Source: Takakia lepidozioides (taxonomy: Eukaryota; Plantae; Bryophyta). Taken from it: 64,000 bases of DNA. A model generated the notes under the pieces. It was given only the letters and a program-made list of their open reading frames with translations. It had not been told where the DNA came from and made no database searches. How positions within the stretch are numbered: position 1 is the first letter of the stretch; every line of letters begins with the position of its first letter. The position numbers and the translations under genes were made by a program. The stretch is from NCBI GenBank assembly GCA_030704615.1, contig CM060733.1, forward strand, positions 56,048,001 through 56,112,000, in the 5' to 3' direction. Shown piece by piece: positions 1 through 14,750 of the stretch.

Positions 1-910
1 ATTGCAAGGATTCAGCTAACCACCAGCATAATCTCACACCTTTATCTGAGCGCAATGCCCAGAACAAGGAAGCTCGCCAACAGCGTGTCCTACAGGTTAG
101 CTGCCTTTGCATTCTTGACCTGTTAAGCGTTAACCAGATCAAGAGACGGAAATTTTCTTACGTGTCTTTGCTCCTTTTAACTGCACCTACAGTCTTGTTG
201 GAACCATGCAAGTTAATGAGGGAATCTTTCGAAATAGCGAGATATATGGTGCTTCTGGCTGAGTTGTGATTGCCTTGCTAGTGAAGGAGTTATGGAGATG
301 CATATTTGACAGTCGTGGTGATGGTCTTTGGGGGATTACACAAAACAGCTGCGCAAGATGTTGGAGCTACTGGTACACGCATCACAGTGCTGCTCCACGA
401 CTTGCCAGTACCCCAAATGTCGGAGTGTGAAAGGGCTTTTCCGGCATGGCATGATGTGCAAGACTCGTGCGTCAGGAGGCTGTAGCTTGTGCAAACGAAT
501 GTGGTACCTTCTCCAGCTCCATGCTCGTGCTTGCAAGGAGTCGGAATGCCGGGTGCCTCGTTGCAAGTATGCCCTCTTCCCCTTGTTCTTGTGTCTGTTG
601 TATCTCATCACTATGCATCCCATCCAGCTGCCATGAAACCTGTCGCGTCATTATGATATGGCTCAGGGACTGATAAACCCTTGTCTCAATGTATCAATCT
701 TACCCTGTTGGTATGTGTCTGTTTGATTTTGGTTAGTTTGTGGACCCCGAATGACTCACCATTCTTGGGGATGTCCTGGTTGGCGTTGGCAACAGGGATT
801 TGAAGGAACATCTCAGGCGGCTCCAGCAACAAATGGAGTCGCGGCGTAGGGCGGCAGTCATGGAAATGATGAGACAGCGTGCGGCTGAAGCTGCTGGAAG
901 CAATAGCTAG
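1..910 (+). CDS. HAC1: 3' end of CBP/p300-type histone acetyltransferase (HAC1-like), C-terminal TAZ zinc finger; exons <1-95, 349-566, 796-910
   Basis: The spliced GT-AG exons read ...NAQNKEARQQRVLQ|LRKMLELLVHASQC..CQYPKCRSVKGLFRHG..CKTRASGGC.LCKRMWYLLQLHARACKESEC.VPRCK|DLKEHLRRLQQQMESRRRAAVMEMMRQRAAE.*, the recognisable plant HAC1 C-terminus. Confidence 0.95.
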
Positions 911-2269
911 GCTACTGCCCACGTAACATGCCCATATTTGTGGGAGCTAGACCTAGGCTAAGTTGAGAAGAGTGGGGTGGGGAAAGGGTGATCTTGTTTT
1001 CCGTGAGAGAGGGCTTTGCTAAAGACCTACACTCTGGAAGAGTTAGACATCCCGTACCCAACGGGAGCAGTGCTTTATGTTGCGTGGGTGGTGGTATTTC
1101 TTGACAAGGGAGACACACACCAAAAGAAAAGGATGGGAATCTTTGGCTCTGCCGTGATAGTGGAGAGCCCATTGGGTCATCCTATCCCCACTGTTGGGGA
1201 GAGGGGGACTGCCAAGTCGGGTATTCGCAAGCAAACGGAGGGGTGCCTGTGTTATAGCTTCTGTAAGAAAAGGCAGGGCAGGGGAGGGGTTGGAGTGTTT
1301 TGAAGTGCCTCGCATTATAGTAATTTGTTGAGATAGCAGGTTCACTTGGCTTGGTCACTCTTGATAAACGAAGCGGGCGGCAAGAGGAGGGCCCCGTTAT
1401 TCTTGTAATTGTACCCGGGACAAATGAGTTTGGGTAGATGCCAGGTGTCATGGCAGAGTAAGGCAGGAACGTAGCCACTCTGCGTGGAGCCGGCCGGGAA
1501 TATTGATGTAGAAGAGAGATCCGACAGACAGAGATTCACAGACAGGCCCATTCATTGGCCCTTGATTTGGCGCCCGATATCGGAAACCATTTACGGCGCT
1601 CTCATACAGGCCACAACAGAGCAGAGAGGCCTTGCGCACACTGGCTCCCCTTAGGTGTGTGTGACTTTCCACCTTTTCTGCATTCTTTTCTTTGTTGATG
1701 GCATGTTTGTCCTCTCCTTTCAAGCCTCATAACTGTATCTTGTGAAGAAAGGGAAGGCAGCAGCGTGTGTGGAGATCGATCTGACCTTCGGGTTATCGTC
1801 CTTGCTGCCCTGGCTCTTTCCCTTTACTTCTCCTCAATTTTGAAGCCCACTGTCTGCAGGGGGGGCGCCGTTGTCCGCTGTCGAACAAAACAGCTTCGGT
1901 TGGCTGGAAGTGAAGCTGTGGTGTGGGTGAGGTGGATACTAGGAACATCCAAAGCTTCAGGGTTGTCTGGGCCGTCATACTGTATTCATAGAGCTTCCAG
2001 AGCTGTGCGCCGGTGCTCTCTCAGCTTGATTGGTGGCAGTCATGTATGTGATGGCAGCTACGGAAGGGGGTACTGGTGTGGGGTGTGTGCGCGTGGGATT
2101 AATCTGTACAGTATCATTTAGAATCAATGTTTCCTGATGGATGTGAGTTTCTCTTAGCATTTTTAATATGAAATTTTGCAGATTGTTGCTCCTTGTTGAA
2201 TTTATCTCTCTTTGTCTCCATGCACTTGCCGTTTTTGTGCAGTGAGATGCTTGCCATGATTGATGAAGA

Positions 2270-2500
2270 TTCATTTCGTCTGATTCTAGACCAAAATTGA
2301 ACATCATCTCCCAAGACCCATCTCATTGTGGGGAGCATTATGTGAAATAGAGGGCCAGGATCCAAGAGCATGATATTCAAGATGCTGCAGAAGTCCACTG
2401 ACCACATCAGCACATGAGGTGTCTGCGTGTCTGCACCCTGGGGATCCTCAGCGGTTTCTAAACTAAATAAACAGCATTTACATTGTAAATACACTCAGCA
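2270..2500 (-). mobile_element. Decayed LINE endonuclease fragment
   Basis: Frameshifted WVLG(D)D/FNFGLESDE resembles the L1 APE motif WxxxGDFN. Confidence 0.3.
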
Positions 2501-3332
2501 GCATGGTCAGGTTCTTCAAGATCATCACAATGGATCCTCATGAGAATTTGAAGAGGACAACATGGTGGAGGTAGTTGAAAGTTTGAGCAAGAGATCAACC
2601 TTTCATCTCAAGCTATATCTACTGTGGGCCAGAGCCCTTATAGTGATAGGCTTCTATGTAAATTGGTGGTAGGGGTTTTACAATTGATGCGAAGGAAAAC
2701 ATCCTATACAAGTATAGCTCAGAAGCATTTCCGGAACATCTACATGACTTATATTCAGGGACACTTGCAGTGCAAAGCAGAAAGCCATGACTGGGTACTG
2801 AATATGGCATAAGTTGTCTCCAGGTGGTTTGAGTGAAGCAAGACTGAGTAGTGCCTGTAAAGTCTGGAAGCTTTAAGAACCTATTTCACCAAGACGAAAC
2901 ATGACATGTTAAGAGAGGATTGACATACTGAGAAGATAGAAGAGAGCAGAATAAAAACACAGGTAAGAAGCATGCAGGACACAAACAGCTACCCAGAGTA
3001 AAGTAGATCAAGGTGGGGAGAACAGGAAAGGACTGTTGCAAAGATGCTGAATCATGCGTTAACTATACTAAACAATTCACAATTATAATTACTCTGGACA
3101 TCATTCACATCTAGGCTCCACCGTGGACACATGACAGTGAGAAAGTAAGTTTACAATGTTTCAAACAGCCAGTTCTGTGGCGATGGTGGAGAGCAATCAA
3201 AGGAAAATAGGTACAGCATACACTCAGGGGCTACGGGAGAAAATAGCTCCAAGTATGTACAGAAGGCCGCAGTGTATCGAAATTACCTGTTGTTGGAAAC
3301 ATCAAGTGATCACATGTAGTTAAAATCTAGCT

Positions 3333-5672
3333 CTACTGTTGGCATGAGAGCTTGGAATTGAAGAGCCGCTTAAGTCCTAGAAGACGTGCAACCTCCACAC
3401 GTGTGCGCTTGCATGAGCTTTCAAGCTCCACAACTCTAGTTTGCATTTTCTTCAAATTCTTTTTCAGCTCCTGATTCTGCCGTAGAACAAACTCAAAGTT
3501 GGAGCATTGCAAATGCACCACAGTTTGCTGGCCAACTCTCGGGGTGTCTGTGACTGGGGAGGGGGATCTGTCATGCTTTGTTTTACAGAATGGTGACCCC
3601 TCTATCGCAGCCCTCAGCTGAGCTTGCTGAAGAAGCACCACTTGAATTGCGAAGCTCGCTGGGAACCGTGCATTTAGAGCAACTGACTTGCATGCTTCCA
3701 GCCCCAACTTCTGATAATTGAGCACTTTGAAAAGTCTCGTAGCTTCAGCCTCGGTGATTGTTGGATGTGACTGCACAAATATGAATGAGAGAATATTCAG
3801 TTGACAGTGAACTGCTTAAATTGCAAAGATAACCTTGATCTTCGGCAACCAATGACAGGCAGGCGTAACATGCTGCAAAGTTTGCAGTCCTCGTACCTAA
3901 TCTTCCAAGACTTGGATCATAATCATGCAGCGGAAGTTGAAAAGACTTCAATTCTAGAGACCTAGAGCGACAGATTTTCATTTCCACCTTTTTGGGCAAA
4001 AGGCCTTGCAAGGCTCCCATCCTACTGGAAACAGGTGCAGGAAAATACTTGAGACCCTTGAGCATGCGGATAATCAGTCATACCTCAAGATAAATGTCAA
4101 CGGCTCTGTACAGGCCGTCATCAGTTAGTCGGGCGTAATCTGGCAGTGCTTCTGCCAATGCTTGGAATTTGGATGGTCTCAAGCAGGAATCGGCAGCGAT
4201 TTCAGCCAGGTATTTGTCCATTAACTCTCCAACTGAGGTCAACGCACTTTGCACAGGGCTGCTCATGTTGGAACTGCTTGTTCTTGACAGAGATGATTTG
4301 CTATCCGATCCTGATAAAGATCTGCTATCGCACTTGGGAGAAGTCAGGAGGGCCTCCGCCTTGTCCTTCAAGAAGAAATGTACGAGGCGAAGAACCAGAT
4401 CAACATCATAGAGGGAGCCACTGCGGGGAGGAAGGGCAGGAATGAGAACATTGTCCAACGTTGCCTTTTCCAGCTGGCATCCTATCATCCGCTCAAGCTC
4501 TCTCCTGCACGGTTTAGCAGCCCTGAGGGCAATTGCTATTCTCCGCAGACCAAGCAAAGACCTGCATGATACTGATCCTCTGTCAAGACCCGAAAAACAG
4601 GTCACCACAGTCTCAATAACTTCCCGTTGCACCTTCTGTGTGCAATTGGACAGGATTATTTCGTCACGATCGCCTTTGTTAAGTTTCTTCGGCGATAGTG
4701 ACATGGGACTGTATCCGAGCACCGGCAATGAGGACCGAAGGTAATGCAGGAGGAACTTCGCCAAAACTCTATGGTCTGAAGCCCTGTTTGCTGTCATTGC
4801 TTTCACAACCTTTTCCATAAGGCATGTCGAGAGGGTGGAGAGGTCTTCAAACCACCAGGTCTCGGAAGCAGCTCTGGATGACCTGTTCGAGCTGCTGCTG
4901 CCACTCGTTGTAGACAGATAGGAATCAGAGGATATGGAAAGTGGGCTAAACTCGATGAAAGAATTAATTGAGGAGGCCTTATCAGCTAAAGAAGTCGCGC
5001 ATCGTTGTACGATCAGCGTCTTCTCTGCTTCGGGTAGGAAAGCATCACAAGTTTTCAAGACAGCGATAGCTTCCTCCCAACTCCAAAACACCATATTCCG
5101 CAAGAATCCCTCCGTTCTTTTCACCAGATTTCCCTTGCCAAAGTCTTCACTCATTTCCATATAATCAGCAGCACACCGGAGCATGGCGACATTCGTTGAC
5201 GTGATAGAAATGTCTGAATCAGTGTAACAAAATCTGGCAACCATCTCAAAAGCTTGAGGTCCTCCCGGCAGATTGTGCAGTTGAACATGCAGCAGTTTTC
5301 TTGGCGGCGAATCGTATGAAGCTTGAGTCCAAAGAACGGACGCTTCCTTGACGGCCTCCATCATTCGACCGCAACGAGCAAGCAAGGGTTTCTGAACAGA
5401 CAGCCAGAGTCCAAAAAGATGTCAGAAGTACATACAGAGGTTCCATTTGCTATACCTGTCCACTTACTCATCAGCGTACTTACTCTGACTTCAGGAAACT
5501 CAAGAACACTAACATGTGCAAGATGCAATGATGAAAGTGATGCTTGATCCAGTGTATATACCCTGTGCACGATGAAGACTTGCTGGGCATTCACTTCAAC
5601 CTCCAGAAAACTAGGCGGCTTCATATCGTCGGTTCCAGACAGCCTGCTCAAACCAAACTCAGCTTCCGTCAT
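3333..5672 (-). CDS. NPH3/RPT2-like (NRL) BTB/POZ + NPH3-domain protein; exons 5672-5562, 5391-4084, 3770-3333
   Basis: In-frame GT-AG splicing. Motifs LEVEVN..FIVHR|KPLLARCG, PGGPQAFEMVARFCY, WWFEDL, LEKATLDNVLIP, YDVDLVLRLV, DDGLYRAVDIYLE|SHP and a C-terminal coiled coil. Confidence 0.95.
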
Positions 5673-6928
5673 TGCTTCAAGATTTGGTTACAGCTCTCAC
5701 TCTCCGGAATCAATTTCTACTGTAACTGGAGACGCGACTCATCACATGACTTAGAGACACGCAATTATACAGCATCATATGGCGGATGCAGAAGAATAAG
5801 TAAGCAAAGTTTCGCACCATCCGAAAAAACAAATTGGCCAGGCTTCCTACAAACATGGTCTGTACTCGAGTCCCCGTTTTGATGTGTCCAGGACGTGTCA
5901 CATGAAGAAGAAGCTCACCTGGCTATGTTGGCTGAAGGATTAGACGGCCCCAGCTGTAAGTCGAAGGTGAACATTTCTAAATAGAGACTGGTACTGCCGT
6001 CTCTGTTCATTTTTCAAGCTCGATACCGCTCTCCTCTTTAAAAACCAGCGCACAATGCAGTGACAGTAAGATGCACGCCAATTGAGTCTTCAGTTTGTAA
6101 AGGCGCATTATGCAGCCGCACTCAAACGCATGAATCCCTCTCCCTCGCCCTCTGTTCCTATAATCAACTTAACGCTCGAGCCACAATCTAGTCGTGTGTG
6201 CAGCGACGACAAGTTACAAATCAGACAAACAATTTGGAAGCCGCGCATTCCTCACACCTACTGACGATGCAGCGACTTCCGATTTCTCGCGTAACAATCA
6301 ATTGCAAATGTAGCCGCTCCCTCTCACATCTCTAATAATAATTTCCCCAGTAGGCTTCAGCAGCTTCCCTATCCGCAACAATCTACGCAACGGCTACGTG
6401 CTGCTTTACTCTTTACTCCGGTCGGAAGAGGCGGGGAGCAGTAAAGCACTTTGAATCCTAGCATATACTCCTACATACACTCGCTCGCTGGATCATCACA
6501 AGGCTTTGCAGTGTTTGGAAGCAGCAGCAGACAGGCAGTGGGCAACGGGCAGCAGAACAAAGCGAGGCGGAGGAGGGGGGCGGGTAATCGCTGGCACGCT
6601 GCTGCCATATGAATGCCTTGCCTCTCCAGCACCCCGATAGCCAAGCCCGGCAATCGCCACCGGTGTCAGATCGCCGGCGACCGTCCGTCCACGGGTCCAG
6701 CCCTCTGAAGTGGCGGCGCCCGCTGCCATCTTCACTGCGCACTGTGGCCCGCTCTTTCATCGGCCGAGGATCCTTCCGCAGCAGCGACGATGTGACCGCA
6801 CGCACGCGCACACGCAGCCTCTGACAAGCATAGCCATTTCAAACACGACGACGAGGACGGACGGAAAGAGTCGTTGGCTACCTTGGGATTCCGAGCTCTG
6901 TCCGCCGTCGCGTCTTTCATCCTCCGTC

Positions 6929-7205
6929 CAGTGTTTTTTTCTTAAAGAAATTTGGAACAGCACGAGTGGCTACAGAGTTTTGCAGAAAATAGCGGTACAT
7001 TCTGTTCATCCACTGAAATTCATCCACCTCTGTACCATAATCCATTTATATCATCCGTATTTGGATAATTCATCGATAATTTATTTTTTATTTTGAGAAA
7101 TTTGGCGATTTAATCCACGAAAAAACAGGGGACTTGCGACAGAATATTCCATTTTATTTTTTGAGGTCGAAATCTGGCGAAAATTCGCCAATAAAAAAAA
7201 CGCTG
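6929..7205. mobile_element. hAT-type MITE
   Basis: Termini CAGTGTTTTTTT...AAAAAAAACGCTG, flanked by the 8-bp direct repeat CCTCCGTC (6921-6928 and 7206-7213). A similar right end recurs near 44480-44511. Confidence 0.85.
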
Positions 7206-8599
7206 CCTCCGTCCTTCCATTTTGTCCGTCGACCCTGCATAATCGCGGGTCAGCCGAGCCTTTCGCTGGTGGTGAAAATGCCACCAATTAGCGGGTGACC
7301 CGAGTTGGTGTGTCTGGGTGAACCTGGGTTCAAATTCTGGCTGCCCAGTGCCACAGGACCAGGTGGATTCTGGTCTATCAGGCTTCCCTGTGCCGTTTTT
7401 GTTTTTTGTTTTGGATGTTCAGAGCATAAACAAAGGAGAGGAGAGGAGTATTAAATGTGTTGAAAGAAAAAAGTGGAGCATGATGTGTGTGTGGAGTAAA
7501 TGGGAGGAGGGTGGTACAATTTCAGTTATTAGAGTTAATAGTTATAGTAATTATTTACATATTATTGTTGACATTAATTAAGTAACATTAACATTTGCTT
7601 GCAAGATTGAACTTTGAAGCTGGGACGTAGTTGGGTACTAACTTATATTCCCGATCATCATCACACACACTAACTTATTGAAGAGGAACTTGGGAAAGTC
7701 TTCAGAAGCATTGCATGCAAAGCAAAGAGAAGGATCCAAGAAGCATGTTTCAATACAAACATTGCATGATAGAGGTGTAGTAAATGTGGTGTTGACCTTG
7801 TATGTTAACTCGAGGGCTTTATAGCACAAAGTCCTCTTTATGTATCCAGTATCCACAACATGTGAGGGTACCTGTAGCCTAATCCAGAGTTTATAGTAAG
7901 AAATTGGCAGTATGATTGGAATTTGTCTCTGCTTTGTACTACAGAGAGTATTGATTGTACTAAACTAACGTGTGATGAAGGCATCTTAATACTTGTGCCT
8001 CGTGGTTGCTTTTGAATACTTCAGTGTGCACTGTGAACTTGGTGGGTGAACTAGAATGAGTTAGAATAGTTGACTTGGGTGATAAGAGAAGCTCTAATCA
8101 CAAGTTAATTTGTGACTAGTACAGGCATTTGCATTGAGTGTGTAGGCAGTTCAACAACAGTCATCACCCATCTTTTTGATTCATCAAGAGGAGGGAGGAT
8201 TGAAGTGTGCAAGAGACTCTGGTGGAGATCTGGCTACATTGACTGTGCAATTGTTGGGGCTGAATTGAAGTTTTGGGCAATGAATCGCTAAGCAACTTGG
8301 GTAGGAGTAATCTTTTCTCCAGTTAGGTAACCAACGGACACAAACCCACATGGGCTTTCTTTGACATGCACCATACTTACACTGAATTCAGCTACAGTCC
8401 CAACTCTTATTAGGGTTGTTGAGTTGCAAGTCCAGTTGGTGGAATGTACAAGCAAAAGCGGAGTCAACATGTTGAGTTGTTGTTGCTGTGATTGTTGTTG
8501 CAACCACGCTTGTCGGTTCCTTTTGAAAATCAAACAATTTTCTCGGCTGCTGAGCCTTGGAATTTGGAGAAGTCACTGAAACCCTAAAGGAGATGGAAT

Positions 8600-9180
8600 C
8601 GACTGTGTGGGCCTCCATGCATTCATGAATCTGGTTGACAAGATGGAAAACAACAGTTTCTTAAAAAGACCCAACTCGCAATTTAGTGCGATGAGCAGCA
8701 TCATCACCAGATTTTCACAGAAAGATGAACAACTGGGGCCACAATACTTAGACCTAGGCTTCCATCTGGTACAGAGCGTGGTGGTGGGTCCTGGGAGAAA
8801 CACTCTCATCTTAGAAACTGGATGCATGTGGGAGAAATTCTATCCATTTCCGTTCCACAGATCCTCGCAGAACGCAGGTATTCATCTATCCTGCGAGGGG
8901 GCCTCACAGACAGAAGGTGAAGGGAAGGGAAGATCCTTCCGCCCACACAGTGCACAGTGCACACAGCTCGAGCCAAGCGCTGCCAATTATGCAGGGCCCT
9001 CATTGATGGCCCGCCTCTGGACGTGCACTTCTCTGCCACCTCCACGCCCATGGGGATTTTGCTACAGGTCTTGCTAATCCCGGCCGCTCCATCTCCCAAC
9101 TTGCCTGGTGATTTGCTTGCTACAGGGTCGTCTTGCTCTGGCCATGAGGAAGTCTGTTTTCTCCTGCTACAGGACATAGG
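8600..9180 (+). mobile_element. Decayed LINE ORF1-like fragment (zinc-knuckle remnants)
   Basis: LGFHLVQSVVVGPGRNTLILE segment followed by broken FCYRxC..H..C and CYR..CSGHEEVC motifs. Confidence 0.3.
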
Positions 9181-12100
9181 TCCAGGTAGACCGTAGCAGT
9201 GATCAACAGAAACTAGAAAGAAAAACTTGGAGGAGGACTGTGACTCTGATTATGATTGCTGGTCTAATAAATGTCCTTATAAGTATCACTATAAACATTC
9301 TGATCCGATTCACTAAGAAATTCAAGGCTGAAAAATTGCACCAGAAGCAGAGCAGAAATAAGTCTTCAGATAGCTAATTTCTAACCAGTCAAACAAGTAC
9401 AGAACCTGAACTGGAGTTCAAGTAGGTGCCTGGAGTGTAGGGTTTAGAGAATACGTTAGATTGAAATGGTCTCAACTTTTGGAGGTACGAGGTTCAAATG
9501 AATTAAATGTCTTGCGGGAACTGTAGGAGGTCCGAGGGAAGGGTAAGAGAGTCGAGGGCTTTTAGAATGCATTTGTTGAATGGATGGGTCTAGCTAGGTG
9601 AACAACCATCTCGGGTGTACTTATTAGACTTTAATGCTTGCCCGTTAGCAAAAAGTGAGACGATAACATTTCTCAGTACATACTCGAGATTGAAGAAGGT
9701 CACAATAAACCCAGCATCTTTATGCCAGGATACCAACAAATTCCGACCACCTCGTGTGTTGAGATGGCGCCAACTGCATGCCAGGATTTAACACAGGCAT
9801 TAACAACGGGACGTATAAGCTTAATTATCATGCTAATTTGAGCGGAAGCAAGGCACAATGTTTAAGACTGAAGGCCGAAAAAAGTATCCGCAAGTTGATT
9901 ATTCAGATCAATCAGCCAATGCCTGGACAGTTTTGAAGTTTTGTAACCACAATCCTTGCAGTACTGGGTAGTTGATTGCAGATGCTCACTATATACATAA
10001 CTACAGGCGGAATATGTGGAGTAAAAGCAGCTACGTACTTAGATGAATGTCTGTCAAAACTGAACACATTATACAGCCGGCGAGCCGGCGAAGACAGATC
10101 TCGCTCTTAAATTTTTGATGCGTTCATGGGGCCCATTAGCGAGCTCATAATGAGAGTGGACCTGTGATTACAGCGCTCTCCTCTGGCCGCTTTGACCACC
10201 AGTCCTTGGCAACTGTAGTTCTCCCCCTCCTTCATTGCTTTACAGCAAACAGAATCACCCAGTGTCCCTGGAAAGTTGAAATACCCGTCGAGCATCCATC
10301 CACACTGGATATTCCATCTCCCTGTCTTGAAAGAGATGGTGATTGACAGTCCCAGTCAAGCAAACAATCTAGGACAAGAGGTGAGTCAGGTTCGATTAAT
10401 CCACATCGGTGGACTGCAAGCAGTCACTGTCCAGGGGAGAATTTTACGAACAAAGTGTCTGTGGGGTCTTATAGAAAAGTGCTCAGCTTCTTTTCGGCTA
10501 CTGTCAGAGGTGCATAGCCCCCAAACTTTGATGAGCATTAAGAGCCCACCAGGGCCCAGCGAGTGGGGCCTGGTAGGGGTAACCGCGCTCACGATTTGTA
10601 AACAGGAAAATGGAAGTATGTCGGCGGATGCCTGCAGATTCCATGCTAGCATGCCATGCGTTGCAAGATGCGACTATTGGAGCCTTCTAGTTGCGTCACC
10701 CTTTGCAAAAGCGCTGATCTCTGTTAAATGATTGAGCTAAAGGTCGCACAACAGAGTACATGTACATTGCTGCCTAAGCTTGGGAGAGATGCTGGCTCCC
10801 GATGGTTCGCCGTTCAGTGCAACTGGTCTGAACGTTTTAAACATCTACCAACGTCGACGAGGCAGCACCCTGCACTTTGCCAGGTGCTCACGTCAAGATG
10901 GATGAACCTCGCATCAGCCTCGGGCCGCACAGGGACACACGCGACACAGGTACACACGCACATTTGTCCTTTGAGCTGGAGTGTTCCAGAATGGAAGAGA
11001 CAAGGGTGAGATCGATGAAAGCCAGCTGACGTTGGCTCGCCCCTCTAGGTACCATGACGGGCAGCGTGGCCTCTATCTATCACGTGCGTCCACCAAAGTT
11101 CAGCTGAGAATCTTCAGCAGCACCTGAGTACCGGAACTGCCTGAGTTTGAGGTAGCACCTACCACAACTTCTAGGAACCCAATACTAGGGCTGTAGCAGC
11201 AATCCAGGGAGTTGAACAAGCTGAAATTTGATCCTAGCCTAAAATGCCATTTGCTCCTCCTGTACATGAACTTCAAACTCATCCTGCCTGGATTTTGGAC
11301 CTGGGCACTTCTGTACCAGCACCCAGCCCTATGGTTGTCGATATATCACAGCTACTCACTAGCTTCCAGTTTGACAGTCTTCATAGTCAGGTTATAATAG
11401 TTCACATCCTGTAGATCTGTGCTGGAGTAGGTGAATTAGCTATTAGTTCAAGTCTTTGCTCAGAGCACCAAACCATTTTTATTGTCCAACCTAACAGGAA
11501 GTACAAGTCAGAATCCCAGGTGGCTTGCCGTGTATGCTATAAATCCCAGTTGTGTAGATATCTTTTTCCACCACGGGATGGATCATGGACGTGAGAGACA
11601 ACAGACAACTTGCATGCAAAAGTCCCATAAGTTTAGAGGATTCTATCACAGTACAAGTCGGATTTGCTGCTCCTCACTCCACCTCTCCAACAATAATGAG
11701 GCCCAAGGGCTCCAAGGAATTTACACCACCATCCCTCTACATACTATAATATCACCCCAAGCATGCATGCATGATTAGCGAAGAGCTTGCCTGTTATAAT
11801 ATCGTTTCTACTAATCATCATCAAAGCCATTCTGATTCGCAATCTTGTCCGGATGCAATGAAGGCACCTTCGTGGGCTCAACTCTGAGGTGGCCACGCAC
11901 ACCAAATAAAGCAAACTGCGGATGGCCTTTCATAGATGTTGTACACCTCGCCATAATAAGAGCCTGTTATCCTGGCCACAAAAAAGTCACAGCAACATTG
12001 ACATTCTATTTTTGCAACAACCCACAATTTAATACAAGGAACTCCCCATGTCTATCTTTGTAACGTTGAAATCAAACCCCACAGATTTGAAAGTTTGGGT

Positions 12101-14750
12101 GCAAATTGTGACTCACACAACCCTGCACTTTTCAACCCATTACTGTAGTTCCACTACCCTAGTAAAGAGCTTGTAAAGAGTATGTATAGTCTGCGAGTAC
12201 ACATAGAGAGCTCAACTGCCATATGAAATCTAGACAACAGATCGGTGCCCACAACATGATTGGCAATGGCAGTTTTCAGTCGAGAAGGGAAATATTCCTC
12301 GCTTACACATGCGAAAGGGGCATCCAGAATACAATGACAAGTCAACAAGCAAAATCCTGTGAGAATGTTACATCCACATTGCTCCTCTTTTACTGGCCAG
12401 AGTGAGTCATTCTAAACCAATATCTCAGCGTCAATGACATTGGATTCCTTTGCTGCGGCGATGTGTCGGAGTGTTTCTACCACTCAATTTCTATCTTTGG
12501 GCGTCGGTGGGCATGAATAGTGACACCCATAACTCGATCGATGTATTGGCCTTGGTCGCCCATATTCCTGGTCCTGGTTTTGAAACAACAATTGAGCTTG
12601 GCTTCAGGCAGTTGCTTGAGCACATAGAATACACATGTGCGAAGAGTATGGCGCTAAACACGAAGAAGATGACTATTTCAGTGGCGCTGACCGTGGCGTC
12701 TACAGTGGCTTGGAAGTCGCATGCCCACTGCTTGACTTCCCTGTGAACAACCCCCATTATGAGTAAGCGAGCGATTGCCATGTCCACAGCCCCTCCCAGG
12801 CATGATGTACAATCCCATTTCTAAGGAGGTTTAAGCTTCCATAACCCTTCCTTCAGATTGGTTACTCCTCTTTCGATGGAGGTGCGTGAAATCAACTTCC
12901 CGCATGAATGAGCATTTAAGACGGCAGGGTGGAGGTAGTACTTACTACTTACAAGAGTAAGTTGACTCGAATCTTGAAGCTTCCTCTCCATGTATTCTAA
13001 ATGTGGGGAGTACTGTGTCAGCTATCTATGCATAATAGCGGCACAGGTGGTTGCATACGTTATTTGGAGCCATAAAAGCTGCTGATATGGTTTTAGTGCA
13101 ACGTGGAATTGAGAAGTTCCATTCAGTGTAGCGTATGAAGTATGAACACCCATCACGGTTCTCAACACCTGCAAGGATGCCATGAAAAAACACAGCTTTC
13201 AACGTCTTCGCAATCTCTCTCTGAAAAATTTCCTCTTGAGCATTGGGGCTTTCTTGCTGCTTGATAGGTCCTCCTTCCTCAATGATGTTATGAGGCAATA
13301 CCTCTTTCTTACCTAGGTACATTACGTGTAGAAAAGAGTCCATGTTGGCCCCGTTGCAAGAGCATCAGTAATGTCACCAACCTTAACTTCGGCCGTGATG
13401 CTAGCAGGACGAGAAGCTTACTGGGGTGCTCACGGGATTCTGCATATTATGAAGTGATACACACTGAGCAGTTGCTGCTACTGCTTTGAAACCTGTTTCT
13501 TTTAACTGATGGGCTGTCTGTAACGGTTGTGTTGAAGCTCAATACATAAGCCCAACGACCCTCAACATGGAACTGGGGTGAGAACTCTGTCATTTAGTTC
13601 TCCGACATTAAAATCTGAGAGGCCTTGGCTCCACTTTCTAAGAAAATTCAATGCTGAACTGCAGTTGGAAGGATAACCAGCGTTGCTGGTGGTGACTAAA
13701 CTGGAGGTCCTGCCAAGTTTTTGCAGAAGATTCTTATAAGAGGGAACAGTAAAGTCTGATGAGCACTCCATTGTTGCAGCGTCCGCACTTTGATGAGGCA
13801 AGGACTCCTTCAGAGTCCACGGTGGCGATGTACTCAATACTCCACCCTCACAGCTCTGGACGCTTGAGATTACAAGATGCTCTGAGAGCACACCATGGCC
13901 ACAACAGAGGGTGTGCGCGCGTGTGTGTATGGTGGGTGTGCTCAGATCTGATCATGTAAAGACTCTTGAATGCGATGCAGCAAGATATAACGAAATTCTG
14001 ACAGCCGATTTGGATCAGCTTTAGATTTTGAATTGAACCTGCGCCCATCTGTGTCGATGCGTTCCAGCAGCTTCTTCTCACTCAATTTCCAACGGCGCGT
14101 TCAGGCTTTTGCCTGCCAAAAACTTTCCTCCATGCCAGTCTTGTCGTTGCGCTCTGGTGACCCTGCTCAGTGCTCATGAATTGTCTTCATCCCGCCCTTT
14201 TGAAAAGGAACACCTCATCTAAGCACTCTTGGAAAGGATGGGAACACTTCAGTATTTTTCCAAAAAGTGTTCCTTTCCTGCTTGAAAGTTCATCAGAGTG
14301 AATTCCTTGAACCTCATGTCTAAGGTACAGAAGGCAGTGCCGTATCCCGAGTAGCTCAAATTAGAAATCCTAAATATACTGTCTTGCTGTGCATGGACGC
14401 ATGTTGACAATCCCAGATGTATTCAGTGTGCAAATTTACGAGATCAGCTACAGCTTGGGTGCAAACAACTGTTTCCTTGGAAATATTTATGCCTCCTTAC
14501 AACTGGTATGATCAAGCTTGAGAGAGATAAAAGCTCCGGATAAGTGTGCTAGAGTAAAAAAACCAATGGGGCTTGCAAACACTGCACTTCACAAATTGTT
14601 GCTCTATTCTGCAAAAATTCTCTCCCAATTCTGGCTTCTATCGTGACTCCCTTTCCTATTGGCATCAGCAGGGTTGTTCCCCCCAAGAGTGAAAATGTAC
14701 CAATCTCGAACCATTCAATGTGAGGTTTACAACAACAAAACAGAGGATCC

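Noticed and set aside
912-2121. Short ORFs downstream of the HAC1-like stop
   Set aside because: No recognisable motifs. Likely 3' UTR or intergenic sequence.
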